Assembly: GCA_032654565.1 (NCBI GenBank)
Contig: JAULAX010000015.1
Coordinates: 1,120,001 to 1,184,000, forward strand
DNA: 64,000 bases
From: Anaeromyxobacteraceae bacterium
GTDB lineage: Bacteria; Myxococcota; Myxococcia; Myxococcales; Anaeromyxobacteraceae
Direction of reading: 5' to 3'
Positions 47,798-56,334 of the stretch are shown here, piece by piece. Positions within the stretch are counted from its first letter, which is position 1. Each line of letters begins with the position of its first letter. The notes beneath the pieces are model-generated. The model saw only the letters and a program-made list of their open reading frames with translations. It searched no databases and was not told the DNA's origin. The position numbers and the translations under genes were made by a program.

Positions 47798-48655
47798 GTG
47801 CCCCTCACCCTCCCCACCAAGGAACTCCGCGCCAAGCTGAAGGCCAGCCTGGAGGCCCTCGCGACCAGCGTGGACTGGACCCGGTGCGATGCCGGCTTCC
47901 AGGAGTTCCTGCGCGCCGCCGCGCGCTTCTGGGAGTACTCGCCCTTCAACCAGTTCGTCATCCAGTTGCAGCGCCCGCGCGCTCAGCGCGTCGCTGGCAA
48001 GCGCACCTGGGAGTCGCTGGGGCGACGAGTGAAGGAGGGCGAGCCACCCATCGCGATCCTGGCTCCGTCCGGGGGCGGTGGCTTCATCCTGGTGCCGGTC
48101 TTCGACCTCTCCCAGACGCGCGGGCGCAAGCTGCCGAGCCTCCCTGCGGCGTCCCGCCGCGGCACCCGCCACGTCCAGACGCTGGAGCGCGCCGCCAGCC
48201 AGCTCGGCATCGCGGTCTCCTACGAAAATCAGGCAGACCGCGTCGGGGGACGTTCCCTCGGCGGCCGCATCGAAGTGGACCCGGCCATGCGAGGCATCTC
48301 CCGGGCCCGCGTCCTTGCCCACGAGCTGGGCCACGAGTTGCTCCACCAAGAGGAGTGGTACAAGGCCCGCACGCTGAAGCGCCCTCCGGCGCCGCGCAAC
48401 CCGGCCCAGGAAGAGACCGAGGCGGACGCCACGGCCTTCATCGTCCTCTCGGCGCTCGGCCTCGATGCCCCGTCGCCGACCTACATCGCCTGGCGGGGTG
48501 GCACCGGCAACCAGGTGCTCCTGTCGATGGGCCGGATCCAGCGGGCGGCCAGGCGCATTCTGGTAGCCAGCAGGTTCGACACGACGAAACGCGCCGCTAT
48601 CAATGCCCGCGCCCTACCAGCCCCGCCGCAGCAAGAGGCTCAGGGGGCCGCGTAA
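47798..48655 (+). CDS. ArdC-like ssDNA-binding domain plus zincin metallopeptidase
   Basis: YSPFNQ..I..QRP.A..VAG..TW..LGRRVKEGE, VFDLSQT, AHELGHELLH, EETEADATAF. Confidence 0.85.
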   Translation: MPLTLPTKELRAKLKASLEALATSVDWTRCDAGFQEFLRAAARFWEYSPFNQFVIQLQRPRAQRVAGKRTWESLGRRVKEGEPPIAILAPSGGGGFILVPVFDLSQTRGRKLPSLPAASRRGTRHVQTLERAASQLGIAVSYENQADRVGGRSLGGRIEVDPAMRGISRARVLAHELGHELLHQEEWYKARTLKRPPAPRNPAQEETEADATAFIVLSALGLDAPSPTYIAWRGGTGNQVLLSMGRIQRAARRILVASRFDTTKRAAINARALPAPPQQEAQGAA

Positions 48656-48660
48656 AGCTT

Positions 48661-48920
48661 CAACAACGCCCTCGCCTGCCTCTCCAGGAGTTCCACCGCC
48701 TCCCTGGGGCCGTCGATCGGCGTCGGGCTTGAAGCCGAGCACCGAAGACGTGAACGGGCCGCGGGCGAGGCCGGGCTGGCGGTTGGTGATGGTGACGGCG
48801 CTCCGGCGCCCGGTGGCGTCGGCCAGGGTATTCAGGGTGTCGAGTCGTCGGTGGGTGAGGCGAGACATCTGGAGCTCCCGATGAAGCTGCGGGATCCATT
48901 GTTGGTGGGCCAGTGACGCG
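48661..48920 (-). pseudogene. collapsed remnant of a second pafBC-like operon (~2.3 kb internal deletion)
   Basis: 48718-48920 aligns to 15836-16038 (pafB 5' end and promoter), fused directly to 48661-48717, which aligns to 13441-13497 (pafC 3' end). Confidence 0.9.
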
Positions 48921-48941
48921 GATGTACCGGAAGCAATTGGG

Positions 48942-49127
48942 CTATTTGCTGCCGCAGATTGAGCATCGGAACGGCGGCTTAAAGGCCTGCCGGAGTAGCA
49001 GCCAGAGGCCAATGGACATGAGGGCCAAAACGAAGTCTCCGCCACCGATAGCGGTGACGTGGCGCTCGTACTTGGTGACCTTTCCACAGTTAGGGCAAGG
49101 GCGACTGTCTAGTTCGGTGCGCTGCAT
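48942..49127 (-). CDS. small Zn-ribbon membrane protein (CxxC-hydrophobic segment-CxxC)
   Basis: CPNC...FVLALMSIGLWLLL...CSIC. Confidence 0.6.
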   Translation of the reverse strand: MQRTELDSRPCPNCGKVTKYERHVTAIGGGDFVLALMSIGLWLLLRQAFKPPFRCSICGSK

Positions 49128-49339
49128 AAGGAAGCCTCGGCGGTAGTAATTGGAGGTGGATATCGCGATGGACCGGGTCGGAGGCAGTGACATAGCCAAA
49201 CCGCCGCCGGTCGGACCGGAACTCATCGTTGTGCCGCGCGAATTAACAGGCTTGCTGCAAGAATTTCTAGACCAGCCATTCAGGGATGTCCTCCTTCAAG
49301 TGACCCCTCCTTCGCTAAAGGGCGGCGCTGGCTGCACCC

Positions 49340-52300
49340 TCAAGCTGCCATCAGCGTCGCGAACTGTTGGTACAGCGCCGCCGGCATGGCGTATTGGAGC
49401 CGCCAGGTGATGCTCATCGGGCGGGTCCCCTCGTGCGAGACATACTGGACCGGCCCGAGGAAGTGGAACTCCTCTCCCTTGTGCTTCCTCACGAACAGGA
49501 GGAAGCGGTTTCCGTTGGCGGCCTGCTCGACGTAGCGCCGCCCGGCCATCGAGTCAGGGCCGGTAGCGGCCTGCGATTGCCAGTGAAACAGGCGAGGGCT
49601 GATGGCGAAGTCGCGATAGCGAGTACTCGGCGAGAAGTGCTTCTCCTCCTTCACCAGGGTGACGAAGAGCAGCTCAGTGTCGGTGCCGACGCGGCGCACC
49701 CCCTCGCGAGAGCTGGGTTTGGCAATCTCTGACCAATCGCCCACGGCTGTCTGGGCTTCGCGGCGGGAGTAGGTCCGGTGCACAGAGAGGGCCCAGTCGG
49801 ACGGCAGGTCGCTGATGGGGGCGAGGAGCACTCGGTCGAGTAGCGCCTCGAACAGCTGGCCAAGCTCAAGCTTCAGCGCCGGGTGCTCGTCCAGGAGCGA
49901 CGCGGCCTGCTCCGGAGTCATGAGTCGCGCAGACTCCCGGAAGAGCTGGTAGCCGAGCATGAGGAGCCGACGTCGGTCGGCGACGCCCAGTGACCCAACC
50001 TCGCCGAGCTCACCCCGAAGGAGCCGTCCGTACAGCACCAGCCTGGCTGGATCATCGAGGTGGGTCACCAGGTCAAGGCGATCCCCAAGGTCCGCCTCGT
50101 TCGGCCCCGGCGATGGCGTGGGCAGGTCGGCCAGTCGGCGCAGCGAGGTGAAGAAGCCGGCCTGGTACACGTCCTCGAGCGGCCGCCCCGTGTCTTCCAG
50201 GAACTCGGCCAGCGTGGCGTCGCCACCGCGGGCCTCGGCGCAGGTCCGCAGCTCCCGAGCCAGGCGCTGCACGCCGCCGCCGAGCGCCACGCGGAGGCTG
50301 TCCAGGATGATCTGGCGGGACACCTTGTCGAGCTTGAGGTGGCACCCGGAGGGTAGGGTGGGGAAACCCAGCTCCACCGCCCCGCGTAGCTGACCCCGTT
50401 GGACGCCGGTGAGCGCGGTCAGGGCTCGGTCGAAGCGGAACTTCTCGTGCGATTGGCCGATGAAGTCCAGCACCAGGCAAGTGGACTTGCCGGGGTGGAG
50501 CCGGAGGCCACGCCCGAGCTGCTGGAGGAAGACGGTGGGGCTGGCAGTGGGCCGCAAGAGGAGCAGCGTGTCGACGAAGGGCAGGTCGACGCCCTCATTG
50601 TAGAGGTCGCAGGTGAAGATCACGTTCACGTCGCGCCGTTCGAGCTGTCGGGGGGCTTCGCGGCGCAGGGCCTCGGGCGTCCCGCCGTGGATGGCCACCG
50701 CCGGGATGCCCGCTGCGACGAACTTGCGGGCCATGAACTCGGCGTGGCCGACGCTGACACAGAACCCGAGGGCTCGCGACTGGTGGACCTGGCCGCGCAA
50801 GCGCTGGAACTGCTCGATGACCAGCTCGGCACGGCGGTCATTGCCGGTGTATAGCTTCTCGAGATCCTCGACGTCGTACATGCCGCGGCTCCAGCGAACC
50901 GCGCTCAGGTCGGTGCCGTCGGCAAGGCCGTAGTACTCGAAGGGCGCCAGGAGCTGGGTCTCCAGCGCGTCCCAGAGCCGCAGCTCCGCCGCCGGACGTC
51001 CAGAAAAGTAGGGGAGGATGCTGACGCCGTCGGCCCGCTCCGGGGTGGCGGTGAGGCCGAGAAGGATCTCGGGCTCGAGCTTCTCCACCAGGTCGGAGTA
51101 GGTGTCGGCGGCCGAGTGATGACACTCGTCCACCACCACCACCTTCCAGAAATCCTTGCCGCAGGTCTCGGCGAGCTTCCGCGACCGGAAGCTCTGTACG
51201 GTGGTGAAGAGGTGGTCGTAGGAGTCGGGCGCCTGACCCCCGCCCAGGAGGGCACCGAAGGCCTGGTCCCGGAGCACCAGCCGATAGGTCTGCAGCGCCT
51301 GCTGGAGCAACTCCTCCCGATGCGCCACAAAGAGGAGCCGCGGCCGGACGCCAGATGCCGGCACCAGCCGGCGGTAGTCGAAGGCCGCCAGCATGGTCTT
51401 GCCGGTGCCGGTGGCGGCCACCACCAGGTTGCGGGTGCGGCTGTGGATGGTCCGCTCGGCTTCAAGCAGGTCCAGCATGGCCTGCTGGAAGGGGTAAGGG
51501 GCGACGGTGACCAGCAGCATGGCCGGTACCAGGCCGTCCCGCTTGCGCCCGCTCTCCTTGTCGAGCGCCGCCCGGAGCCGGGCGCGGTCGACTTCCGAGG
51601 CGGCGTCGAAGGGCTCAAACTCGCCACTCTCCCAGAGCGTTTCGAAGGTGCCGCCGAACTTCTCGAGGACGTGCGGCAGGTCGGCCTGGCCCGCCTTGAC
51701 CGTCCACTCCAGGCCGCCGGAAAGCGCGACGCGCGAAAGGTTGGCCGAGCCCACATAGGCCGTGCTGAAGCCCGAGCGGCGATGGAAGAGCCATGCTTTG
51801 GCGTGCAGACGGGTGCGCCGGCCATCGTAGGAGATGCGCACCTGCGCGCCCGGCAGCTTGGCCAGGGCCTCGACCGCCTCGGCCTCGGTCGCGCCGGTGT
51901 AGGTGGTGGTCATCAGGCGCAAGGGGCGCTGGTCAAGGGCGAAGCGCTGGAACGCATCGCTCATGCGCCGCCAGCCCTCCCAGGTGACGAAGGAAACAAG
52001 GGCGTCAATGCGGTCGGCCGTTGCGATCTCGGCCTCAAGCTCGGACCCAAGTCGCGGTTCTCCCTCGGCGCCGGTGAGGAGGCCGCTCAGGGAGAGCGGG
52101 GTCTGCGGGCGAGGGGGAGGTGTTGCGTCTCGGTAAACTGCAAGTAGAGCTTGGCGTGCGTCGCCCGCGGCAATCGTGGATTCTGGCCCCGTCGCTCCGA
52201 TAGCAGAGAGCACTCGGGTGCAGAGAGCCACCTGCTCCTCTTCCGTAAGCGAACCAAGTGCCCGCGTCAGCTCAGTGGTCAGGTGGCGCACCAAGAGCGA

Positions 52301-52429
52301 CGTACCCTCCACGGCCGAGAGGTCCTCGACCTGAACCGAGCGACCACCCTGCTTGGCCTCGCCGATGGCGCGCTCAAGCAGCTGCGTCACCAGGGACTCG
52401 TAGACGCCGTCGGGGAGCGGGGTGGGCAT
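49340..52429 (-). CDS. PLD nuclease-SF2 helicase-DUF3427 protein
   Basis: LHAKAWLF..YVGSANLS, ATGTGKT, VDECHH, TATPER, NEGVDLP, QQLGRGLR, YRDFAISPRLFHWQSQ. Confidence 0.92.
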   Translation of the reverse strand: MPTPLPDGVYESLVTQLLERAIGEAKQGGRSVQVEDLSAVEGTSLLVRHLTTELTRALGSLTEEEQVALCTRVLSAIGATGPESTIAAGDARQALLAVYRDATPPPRPQTPLSLSGLLTGAEGEPRLGSELEAEIATADRIDALVSFVTWEGWRRMSDAFQRFALDQRPLRLMTTTYTGATEAEAVEALAKLPGAQVRISYDGRRTRLHAKAWLFHRRSGFSTAYVGSANLSRVALSGGLEWTVKAGQADLPHVLEKFGGTFETLWESGEFEPFDAASEVDRARLRAALDKESGRKRDGLVPAMLLVTVAPYPFQQAMLDLLEAERTIHSRTRNLVVAATGTGKTMLAAFDYRRLVPASGVRPRLLFVAHREELLQQALQTYRLVLRDQAFGALLGGGQAPDSYDHLFTTVQSFRSRKLAETCGKDFWKVVVVDECHHSAADTYSDLVEKLEPEILLGLTATPERADGVSILPYFSGRPAAELRLWDALETQLLAPFEYYGLADGTDLSAVRWSRGMYDVEDLEKLYTGNDRRAELVIEQFQRLRGQVHQSRALGFCVSVGHAEFMARKFVAAGIPAVAIHGGTPEALRREAPRQLERRDVNVIFTCDLYNEGVDLPFVDTLLLLRPTASPTVFLQQLGRGLRLHPGKSTCLVLDFIGQSHEKFRFDRALTALTGVQRGQLRGAVELGFPTLPSGCHLKLDKVSRQIILDSLRVALGGGVQRLARELRTCAEARGGDATLAEFLEDTGRPLEDVYQAGFFTSLRRLADLPTPSPGPNEADLGDRLDLVTHLDDPARLVLYGRLLRGELGEVGSLGVADRRRLLMLGYQLFRESARLMTPEQAASLLDEHPALKLELGQLFEALLDRVLLAPISDLPSDWALSVHRTYSRREAQTAVGDWSEIAKPSSREGVRRVGTDTELLFVTLVKEEKHFSPSTRYRDFAISPRLFHWQSQAATGPDSMAGRRYVEQAANGNRFLLFVRKHKGEEFHFLGPVQYVSHEGTRPMSITWRLQYAMPAALYQQFATLMAA

Positions 52430-52437
52430 GTGTTCGG

Positions 52438-52459
52438 ATACTAGCCCGGGGTACGGACA
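52438..52459 (-). promoter_or_regulatory. island promoter TGTCCGT-N9-TAGTAT
   Basis: ATG 8 nt after the -10 box. Confidence 0.75.
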
Positions 52460-52516
52460 GACTGTTGGGGGAGTTGACCGAGTTCAACCCTGCGTAGCCG
52501 CTTTGAGGCACCTGAA

Positions 52517-52538
52517 TGTACGTCGCAGGGTGTAGGCT
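52517..52538 (+). promoter_or_regulatory. variant island promoter TGTACGT-N9-TAGGCT
   Basis: GTG 8 nt after the -10 box; divergent partner of the 52438 copy. Confidence 0.62.
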
Positions 52539-52546
52539 CTCCAGGC

Positions 52547-53512
52547 GTGCGCGGCTACCTCTTCCCCACCGACATCAACTGGTTCACTTTCCTTCGTGAG
52601 CGCCAGCCGCTCGACGAGGTGAATTTCTGGCGCCCGTCAGGGCGCGGATTTGCCGCTCTCTCCCCTGGGGAGCCGCTACTCTTCAAGTTGAAGAGCCCCC
52701 ACAACGCCATCGGCGGATTCGGTATCTTCGCTCGCTACGAGCAGGCCACCGCGCGCCTTGCCTGGGACGCCTTTGGGGAGCGGAACGGGGCGACGACCTT
52801 TGAGGAGATGTGCCAGCGGATTGAGCACTACAGGGCAGGCCAGCCAAGCGACCCACTTCGCCGCTACCAGGTTGGCTGCATCATGCTTTCGCAGCCCGTC
52901 TTCTTCGCAGATGGTGACTGGGTGCCGCAGCCAACCGATTGGGCGCCGCAGGCCGTATCGGGTTCCGGCTACGACTTGGGCTCGGGAGAGGGTCTTCGGG
53001 TCTGGCACCAATGCCTCGAACGTGCGGCCGGTATGCGGCGGCTCCCCCCGGTGGCGTTGGCGGCTGAACCTCTCGAGCAGGGCGACCGAGCCGCCGGCCC
53101 ACGCTTTGGCTCCCCCCAGATCGTGCTGCCACGACTCGGGCAGGGCACGTTCCGGGTGGCGGTCACGGGCGCCTACCGAGGGGCCTGCGCCGTCACCGGT
53201 GAGCACTCGATGCCCATCCTGGAGGCAGCGCACATTCGGCCGTACGAAGACGAGGGCCAGCACACCGTATCCAATGGCCTCTTGCTTCGCGCCGACGTGC
53301 ACCGGCTCTTCGACCGCGGATATGTCACCGTGAGTCCGGACCTCAAGTTCGTGGTGAGCCAGCGCCTCAAGCAGGAGTTCGAGAACGGCGCAGTGTACTA
53401 TGAACGCCACGGGAGGCAGATTCACCTCCCGTCGCAAGTCGCAGACCGTCCCGCTGTCGAGCTGCTGCGCTGGCACAACGAGAACGTGTTTGAACGCGGA
53501 AGGGCAGCCTGA
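52547..53512 (+). CDS. HNH endonuclease (putative restriction endonuclease)
   Basis: N-terminal EVNFWRP domain; RLGQGTFR, CAVTG, LEAAHIRPY, NGLLLRADVHRLFDRG. Confidence 0.9.
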   Translation: MRGYLFPTDINWFTFLRERQPLDEVNFWRPSGRGFAALSPGEPLLFKLKSPHNAIGGFGIFARYEQATARLAWDAFGERNGATTFEEMCQRIEHYRAGQPSDPLRRYQVGCIMLSQPVFFADGDWVPQPTDWAPQAVSGSGYDLGSGEGLRVWHQCLERAAGMRRLPPVALAAEPLEQGDRAAGPRFGSPQIVLPRLGQGTFRVAVTGAYRGACAVTGEHSMPILEAAHIRPYEDEGQHTVSNGLLLRADVHRLFDRGYVTVSPDLKFVVSQRLKQEFENGAVYYERHGRQIHLPSQVADRPAVELLRWHNENVFERGRAA

Positions 53513-53514
53513 CC

Positions 53515-54384
53515 GTGCGAGTCGAGACGGTGACCGCAGCCGGGTTCGGCCTCCTTCAGGCGATTCGCGACACGCTCGCCTCTTCGACCGACTCGATTCT
53601 GTGCGTCGCCTTTGCGCATGAGCGTGGCGTGCGGCTGCTTGGCAAGGAACTGGAGGAAGGCCACCGGCGCGGTGGGAGGGCCCGGCTTGTGGTCACCACG
53701 GCCTTCGATCGCGGCGGGACGACTGGCGACGCGCTCATCGCAGCGCGCAGCTTCGGGGTTGAGGTCCGCATCCACAATCACTCTGGCGGCACGTACCATC
53801 CGAAGCTCTACCTGGGATCGGACGGAGCGAAGGCGAGCGCCGTCATCGGCTCGGCCAATCTCACGGCCGGGCTGGCCTGCAATATTGAGGTGGGCGTCGC
53901 GATGGTGGGCGCTCGCGAGGAGCCCGCTCTAACCCGGGCCTGGGAGGTCGGGGAGGCGCTCTGGGCAGACGCACGAAGCGAGCCGTGGGAAGCCAGGGCC
54001 GCCGACGCGCCCGAAGAGGAGATCCTTCCGGAACTCCTCGCAGCGCTCGAGAAGGCGCGTCGCCTCGATCCGGTCTTCATGACGCTCGGCCCGAATCCAC
54101 GCCCGAACAAAGTTGTCGAGGTAACGCCAGCGGAAATCTGGATCGAAACCGAGCGGACCCTGCGCGAGCGAACCGGTCCGCAGCCCGTGGCGGCTTGGAT
54201 GCTCAATCTGGCCTGGGAATACCTCCGAACCCGGGGTGAGCTCACCAATGCCACATTGCTCCACCAACTCAGGGTGCATCGGTCCAGTGCGGTCTGCGCG
54301 CTCTTCGCGAGAGTTCAAGGGGTTCAGGTCCAAAGAGCTGGCCAGATCAAGCTCGTCTTCAATACCGAGAGCAATCAGCGATAA
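53515..54384 (+). CDS. phospholipase D-like (HKD) nuclease domain protein
   Basis: CVAF, YHPKLYL, VIGSANLT.G...NIE. Confidence 0.82.
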   Translation: MRVETVTAAGFGLLQAIRDTLASSTDSILCVAFAHERGVRLLGKELEEGHRRGGRARLVVTTAFDRGGTTGDALIAARSFGVEVRIHNHSGGTYHPKLYLGSDGAKASAVIGSANLTAGLACNIEVGVAMVGAREEPALTRAWEVGEALWADARSEPWEARAADAPEEEILPELLAALEKARRLDPVFMTLGPNPRPNKVVEVTPAEIWIETERTLRERTGPQPVAAWMLNLAWEYLRTRGELTNATLLHQLRVHRSSAVCALFARVQGVQVQRAGQIKLVFNTESNQR

Positions 54385-54466
54385 CCCTTGCCGGACAGAT
54401 ACCCGGAGTGTAGTTCGTCTGTTGCGAAGCCTTCCGTGCTTGGCGAATGTGCTCGACCGTTACCGA

Positions 54467-54925
54467 CTACAGGCGCTCGCCTGCCTGCCGCGCCTTCACC
54501 AGCCGTGAGATCATGTGCCCCATGCCGCCGAGGCCGGCGAGGGGCATCCTCACCGTGGTCGGCGAGCCCGCGAAGGCTTCCTGAACGCGCCTGGCATAGG
54601 CGCTGCCTCCCAGGACCGCGATCTCAGAGAAGCGGTCCAAGTGAAGGGCCGTGATCTGCTCCCGGAGCGTGGCAACCTGCACGGTTTCCGCCGAAGGCTT
54701 CAGGAAAGTGGTGTCGTATGGACCGGGAACAGGGTCGGTCGGTCGCAGGAAGCCGTACTTCGCCGAGAGGATGATCCACGGTGACCCGCTGGCGCGAGCG
54801 TACTTGGCGGCAGCCCCTGCGAAGGTGCCGGTGTAGGCCTCTCCAGCGGGGGTCGGCCCTCGTGAAGGATCCGAGTCCCATACCTTCGCTTTCCCGCAGG
54901 GGGCCACATAGAGCGTTGAGTTCAT
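54467..54925 (-). CDS. DUF6884-like protein
   Basis: VAPCGKAK, YTG.F, WIILSAKYGFL.P, PYDTTF, LGGSAY. Confidence 0.7.
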   Translation of the reverse strand: MNSTLYVAPCGKAKVWDSDPSRGPTPAGEAYTGTFAGAAAKYARASGSPWIILSAKYGFLRPTDPVPGPYDTTFLKPSAETVQVATLREQITALHLDRFSEIAVLGGSAYARRVQEAFAGSPTTVRMPLAGLGGMGHMISRLVKARQAGERL

Positions 54926-54939
54926 GTCCAGTCCGTCCT

Positions 54940-56334
54940 TCAAGCCGACAGCGCGAGCTTGAGCCTCGCAGGATCGGCGACTTCGAAGTCACTTCCCGAA
55001 CTCCAGAGACGAGCGCCCGCAGGCAAGCGGCCATAGAGCGCCGAGGCGACGCCGCGCGATCGGTCCGAGTTGCGATCCCAGCGCAGACGGACGCCAAGGG
55101 CAGCGAGCACCTCGCCGTGGTCTCTCCCTCGTTGACGCCATCGCTCCAGGTGGTCGGCGGCAGCCAGGAAGTCGCGCTTGTTGCTGTTGCAGCGGCCGTG
55201 GGCGGCGACCAGGTTGTCCAGCCCATTGTCGGGGTAGCGCGCCCAGGGGATGAAGTGGTCCACCTCGGCGACTTCGAAGTCACTTCCCGAACTCCAGAGA
55301 CGAGCGCCCGCAGGTAGGCGGCCGTAGAGCGCCGACGCTACCCCACGCGAACGGTTCGAGTTGCGATCCCAGCTCAGACGGACGCCAAGGGCAGCGAGCA
55401 CGTCGCCGTGGTCTCTCCCTCGTTGACGCCATCGCTCCAGGTGGTCTGCGGCAGCCAGGAAGTCGCGCTTGTTGCTATTGCAGCGGCCGTGGGCGGCGAC
55501 CAGGTTGTCCAGCCCATTGTCGGGGTAGCGGGCCCAGGGGATAAAGTGATCCACCTCGCAAGCGCCCTCGATGCGTCCTTCGCAATAGAAGCAACGGTTC
55601 GACTGGAGTTCCCGGAGGGGCTGGCGGACAGGGTCCAGGGGAATGCGCTCCGCGCCGAAGAGGAAGGTCTCCAGGGTCGCTTCGGGCAGGCCGTTCATGC
55701 TGGCCACCATGACCGCCCACTCCCGCTGGAGGATGGGCCGGAGAACGCCGTTCAGCCTGACCAGGTTCTCCGCCACGCCGGGCCTGAGCAAAAGCCGGTT
55801 GTCGAAGGCTCCGGGCGTGCCGGCCTGGTAGGCCGACACCGGGGCGCGCTTGATCGACTGGTCCCAGGAGTATTCGTAGAGGAAGCGGTCTTCGTCACGC
55901 CCCATGACCTGGAGGCGCGGGATAGGCATCTCGATGAGCTTCCACTCCACGAAGCGAACCAGCCGCTCATAGGCGGCCGGGCGCGCGAGCCGAGCCCGGA
56001 AGTGCAGCTCCTCCGGAGCACCTGCCACCTCCTGCCGGAAACGAGCGATGGCACCCACGATCTCGGCCTGGTGGTCCACGTGACCGCCGCCTTGCCGCAG
56101 GACGCGGCCGACCGGCTCGTAGGGCGAAGCGTGGGGCCAGTAGAGCTCGACGATCTCCTCGGCCAGCTCGCGGGTGGTGATTGAGGTGGGCGGCCCGCCG
56201 GCGGTCGTCTTCTCAATCGTCAGGTCGAGGATGGCCATGAAGAGGGCGTACTTGTAGGTGGCGGAGAAGCTGCCCTGGTCGAGGACGGCCAGCACCCGCT
56301 CGGCTAGCGCGATGGCGCCTGTGTCGCCGCTCAC
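54940..56334 (-). CDS. HNH endonuclease with tandemly duplicated C-terminal HNH module
   Basis: ATYKYAL N-domain; CFYC...EVDHFIPW...NLVAAHGRCNSNK; 97-aa unit occurs twice. Confidence 0.88.
   Translation of the reverse strand: MSGDTGAIALAERVLAVLDQGSFSATYKYALFMAILDLTIEKTTAGGPPTSITTRELAEEIVELYWPHASPYEPVGRVLRQGGGHVDHQAEIVGAIARFRQEVAGAPEELHFRARLARPAAYERLVRFVEWKLIEMPIPRLQVMGRDEDRFLYEYSWDQSIKRAPVSAYQAGTPGAFDNRLLLRPGVAENLVRLNGVLRPILQREWAVMVASMNGLPEATLETFLFGAERIPLDPVRQPLRELQSNRCFYCEGRIEGACEVDHFIPWARYPDNGLDNLVAAHGRCNSNKRDFLAAADHLERWRQRGRDHGDVLAALGVRLSWDRNSNRSRGVASALYGRLPAGARLWSSGSDFEVAEVDHFIPWARYPDNGLDNLVAAHGRCNSNKRDFLAAADHLERWRQRGRDHGEVLAALGVRLRWDRNSDRSRGVASALYGRLPAGARLWSSGSDFEVADPARLKLALSA
54974..55558. 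repeat. 291-bp in-frame tandem duplication
   Basis: Period of 291 nt; about 16 mismatches by hand, only 3 non-synonymous. Confidence 0.93.

Noticed and set aside
54378..54397. TGTCCG on the minus strand near the PLD stop
   Set aside because: No TAnnnT at the correct spacing, and it points antisense into a gene
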